A stretch of DNA of 63,662 bases, the filler included, from Olpidium bornovanus S191 (lineage: Eukaryota; Fungi; Olpidiomycota), in the NCBI GenBank assembly GCA_017911155.1. It is 32 parts of 32 records of this genome, joined end to end, with 100 filler letters (N's around TTAATTAATTAA, not from the genome) between each part and the next. Parts side by side here need not be neighbours in the genome. Positions count along the whole stretch, not along the records: positions 59,483 to 61,129 come from JAEFCI010005849.1; positions 61,230 to 62,345 come from JAEFCI010012757.1; positions 62,446 to 63,662 come from JAEFCI010001675.1; 29 more parts are not named here. One strand, given 5' to 3'. The notes beneath the pieces were generated by a model. The model searched no databases. It was not told the origin of the DNA and worked only from the letters and a program-made list of their open reading frames with translations. Below, one piece after another: positions 60,630-63,662 of this stretch (the stretch's first letter is position 1; each line of letters begins with the position of its first letter). A program made the translations under genes and the position numbers.

Positions 60630-60848
60630 CACAGGAGTTTGGATGACGGCATCACACATTATGAGCGTTGGTTTGGCATACGACCGACCGCCAAGCATCT
60701 ACGAACTCTTGCAATTGCGCAAGTCCTCGACAACCAGTCACGAGCAAGTTTGATGACCGTAATGACCGCAATGACCGCATTTGTTGGATACTCAGACGAG
60801 CGTAAATCCCGGCGTTCATCTCTGCGCGGACCCGGCAATCGTTCTTAA
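60630..60848 (+). mobile_element. Copia integrase C-terminal fragment, degenerate
   Basis: GITHYERWFGIRPTAKHLRTLAIAQVL..AFVGYSDERKSRR matches G.TPYE.W.G.KP...HLR..G..A....C.FVGY. Confidence 0.65.
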
Positions 60849-61732
60849 ACAAGGAAGCACGGTTTCGGCCGTCGCGTGTTGACCCGCCGGAGCCAAGCGA
60901 ATCACCCCGCCGGAACCTACGCCGATCGAGCCGGGGGGCCGCCGTCCGCGGACGCCTCACCCGACGCCCCAATCGTCACCATTGCGACAGAAACAAGACT
61001 GGGCTACGTTGATGAACGCATCCCGTCGAATCAATGAGCGGCGCGCTCGCTGCAGGGAGATCGAAGCCTTTCAGCGCAGCGCCGGCCATTGCCTCCTACT
61101 ATGGGATCGTGAGTTCCCGGCGGTCCATGNNNNNNNNNNNNNNNNNNNNNNNNNNNNNNNNNNNNNNNNNNNNTTAATTAATTAANNNNNNNNNNNNNNN
61201 NNNNNNNNNNNNNNNNNNNNNNNNNNNNNCATGCAGAATGACGAAGCTTCAGCTGTTGCGGCAGCGGGGCTTCTGCGCGAAATTGCTTTTTCTTTTTTTC
61301 TTTCTGCGGCAAGCTCGATCGTTTTTACCTCTGGTCCCTTCGACCGCGCGAAAAATCGCCACCACCTAGCCTCTCCAGTATGTGATCGAGCTGAGAGAAA
61401 AACCGGAAATATGGGGGTGGGAGAGGGGGTGAGGGGGGGGGGGGGGGGGAGGGCGCCTGGGGTTAGGAATCTGGGGGGGGGCCTCCCCCCCCCCCGGTTA
61501 ATCCCGTTTTTTTTTTCGCGCAAGACTCCGGACGGAACGAGGACGATGGCGGGGAGGTTTGTCGCGCGCACTGCACCGGCGGGGGGTCTCACCTTCTCTT
61601 GGTACTTTGTCTGGCAGCGCAGGGGTTCGGCCATCTCCTTGTTGATCTCTCTCTCAAGGTCGAGCACCTGCCTGATCAACTCGTTGCTGCTATCGCCGTT
61701 CACGAGCCTGCGAAATGAAAAAAAAAGGGTGT

Positions 61733-61763
<31 letters not shown>

Positions 61764-62286
61764 GGGTGCGGTGTTGTCAGAGTCCGGGGAAGAAGGCGGG
61801 CGAGGTGGTTGAACGGCGGCGTCGCGCGCGGACTGAACAAAACAAAAGAAAAACAAAAATAAAATTTCCCTGTTCGCCTGACGAGACGCAAGGGAAACGC
61901 AGCGACTCACAACGGCGGCGGATCGACGGTCCCGTCGGCGTTGTCCCGGCTAGGTTCGCTCCGGGCCATGCTTGCGGTGGGCCTTTTTTTCTTTTTCTTT
62001 TGCCTCGACAAGAAGAGAAAGAGAGGGATAGCAAGGAAGGGCGAGAGAGCAAGCGCTGCAAAACCAACCCTTCTCCGGTCTCCCGGCGTCTTCCGGTTTC
62101 TTTTCCGTTCGGTTTTTTTTCTATCACAAACGGGAAAAAGCGGGGGTTTATAAGAGCTGACTTACTTTCTTTTCCCCGGCCCTCTAACAACCCCCCACCT
62201 CCCCCGGCCGCCCGCTCTTTTTGTCCCGAAGGGTTGCGGGGGGAAGGTCGGAGCACGAACGATCTTAGGAAGCCAAAAAGTCTTTT

Positions 62287-62325
<39 letters not shown>

Positions 62326-62530
62326 CCCCCCCCCCCCCGGCCCCCNNNNNNNNNNNNNNNNNNNNNNNNNNNNNNNNNNNNNNNNNNNNTTAATTAATTA
62401 ANNNNNNNNNNNNNNNNNNNNNNNNNNNNNNNNNNNNNNNNNNNNAAAAAAAAAAGGAGAAAATTACGCACTGCTGTTTTCGTGAGTTTGCGCCGCGTTG
62501 TGGACGGGCACCAGGCTCACTTCCTCCAAA

Positions 62531-62609
<79 letters not shown>

Positions 62610-63391
62610 CCCCCGGGGAAGCGCGGCCGCGGAGGGGGTCACCAGCAACCGCACAATGCGGCCTTCCGCGGACGGGCACGTTAATATCTGAGACCGCCCG
62701 CGGGGAAAAGTGCGGTCAGTTTCGCGGTCGTGCGTTTTTCCTCGACTTTTCGCACATTCTCGCGGGGACTTCGGAAAGAGAACTTTTCTTCAAGGCCGGT
62801 CCCCGGGGGGGTGGGGGTGGGGGGAAGGTTTGTATCTCGGCCCTTCCTGAAGTGCGTGCGGGAAGAAGCTAAGGACGAAAAGGGGCTGGGTGCGCGTCGT
62901 GCGTGGGGGGCCACTTTTTTCCAACACCTCTTCCCCCCCTACCGCGGGGAAAGCCAAAAAAAAAAAAAAAAAGACGTCCGGCCCGGACCCGCCCGGAAAG
63001 GTAACTTAACAGACGTACATACCTACATACATACAAACATAAGATACATACATAAATATATGTAAACAACTCGAACATATAACAGACCCCCCCTCCCCTC
63101 CCCCCTCCCCCCACCACACACACACCCACACACGCGCGCCGAAGTAAGAGCGAAATACACCGCCGAATAAAAGAAAAAAAGGAATTTGTGCACGGCCGCG
63201 TGTGGTTGACGCTTTATCCTTTTATTTTTCTTTTTTGCGTGAATGAAAAAAAAGAAAAAAAGAAAAAAAGAAAAACGGAGAACAGGGAAATAAAAAAAGA
63301 AAATAACAAAGGCGCACCCACCGCACAAAATCGACGTCGACCGCGCATTGAAAACGAAGGCAAGAAAAGGCAAAAGAAAAAAATAAAAGGA

Positions 63392-63662
63392 CTACGCTTC
63401 TTTCAACCCCGTGTACCCCGGCACCGCGGCCTTCTCGTCCACCGCTCCGGGCATCTCGTGGCCGTAAACGAGTTGGACGAGACGGGGCCGGTCGGCGAAT
63501 TCGATGCCGTACCGCCACACCGTCCACCCCGAGAGGACCAGCACCACGTTCCAGAAGGAGATCCAAAGCAGCGGGAGCCGGTTCGCTTTTTTTTGAATTG
63601 GAGAAACAGAAACCGAAGCCGTTAGGCCGATGCCCAAATTCAAAAAAGAGAGGGGATGCATG
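63392..63662 (-). CDS. Possible last exon of an unidentified membrane protein
   Basis: Hydrophobic LPLLWISFWNVVLVLSGWTVWRYG followed by a polar tail to a stop at 63392; family not recognised. Confidence 0.35.
   Translation of the reverse strand, partial: MHPLSFLNLGIGLTASVSVSPIQKKANRLPLLWISFWNVVLVLSGWTVWRYGIEFADRPRLVQLVYGHEMPGAVDEKAAVPGYTGLKEA

Overview
This is not one locus. It is 32 short eukaryotic contigs (about 1-4.4 kb) joined by 31 artificial 100-nt spacers (44 N + TTAATTAATTAA + 44 N), so adjacency across spacers means nothing. The DNA is GC-rich and intron-containing, with many homopolymer tracts. Division-1 chitin synthase and fungal housekeeping genes occur together with flagellum-associated genes (CatSper-gamma-like, CFAP52-like), which points to a zoosporic fungus; the assembly style is reminiscent of Olpidium, but that is inference only. 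Recognisable genes, mostly partial: NSRP1/CCDC55, SRR1, chitin synthase, RPS19, PPT1, RTF1, PTC5, FSH1, RAE1/GLE2, RPB6, RPB3, a RasGEF, MRP20, NKAP, a SepH/Cdc7/Cdc15 kinase and MTHFR. There are degraded Ty1/copia remnants on five contigs and one Ty3/gypsy remnant. The most notable signals are: (1) a multi-exon CatSper-gamma-like subunit; (2) a copia-type integrase C-terminus in frame with a chromodomain; (3) a compact, intronless, decayed C5 DNA-methyltransferase visible only after repairing two +1 frameshifts; (4) an attractin-like Kelch-PSI-TM receptor; (5) a DDIAS-like Zn-OB-fold protein; (6) an intron-containing, bacterial-type acetylpolyamine amidohydrolase; (7) a ~200-bp island with a RIP-like dinucleotide signature; (8) 16 of 64 contig ends terminate exactly at CATG. 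All family assignments rest on manual translation and motifs recalled from memory; no searches were run.
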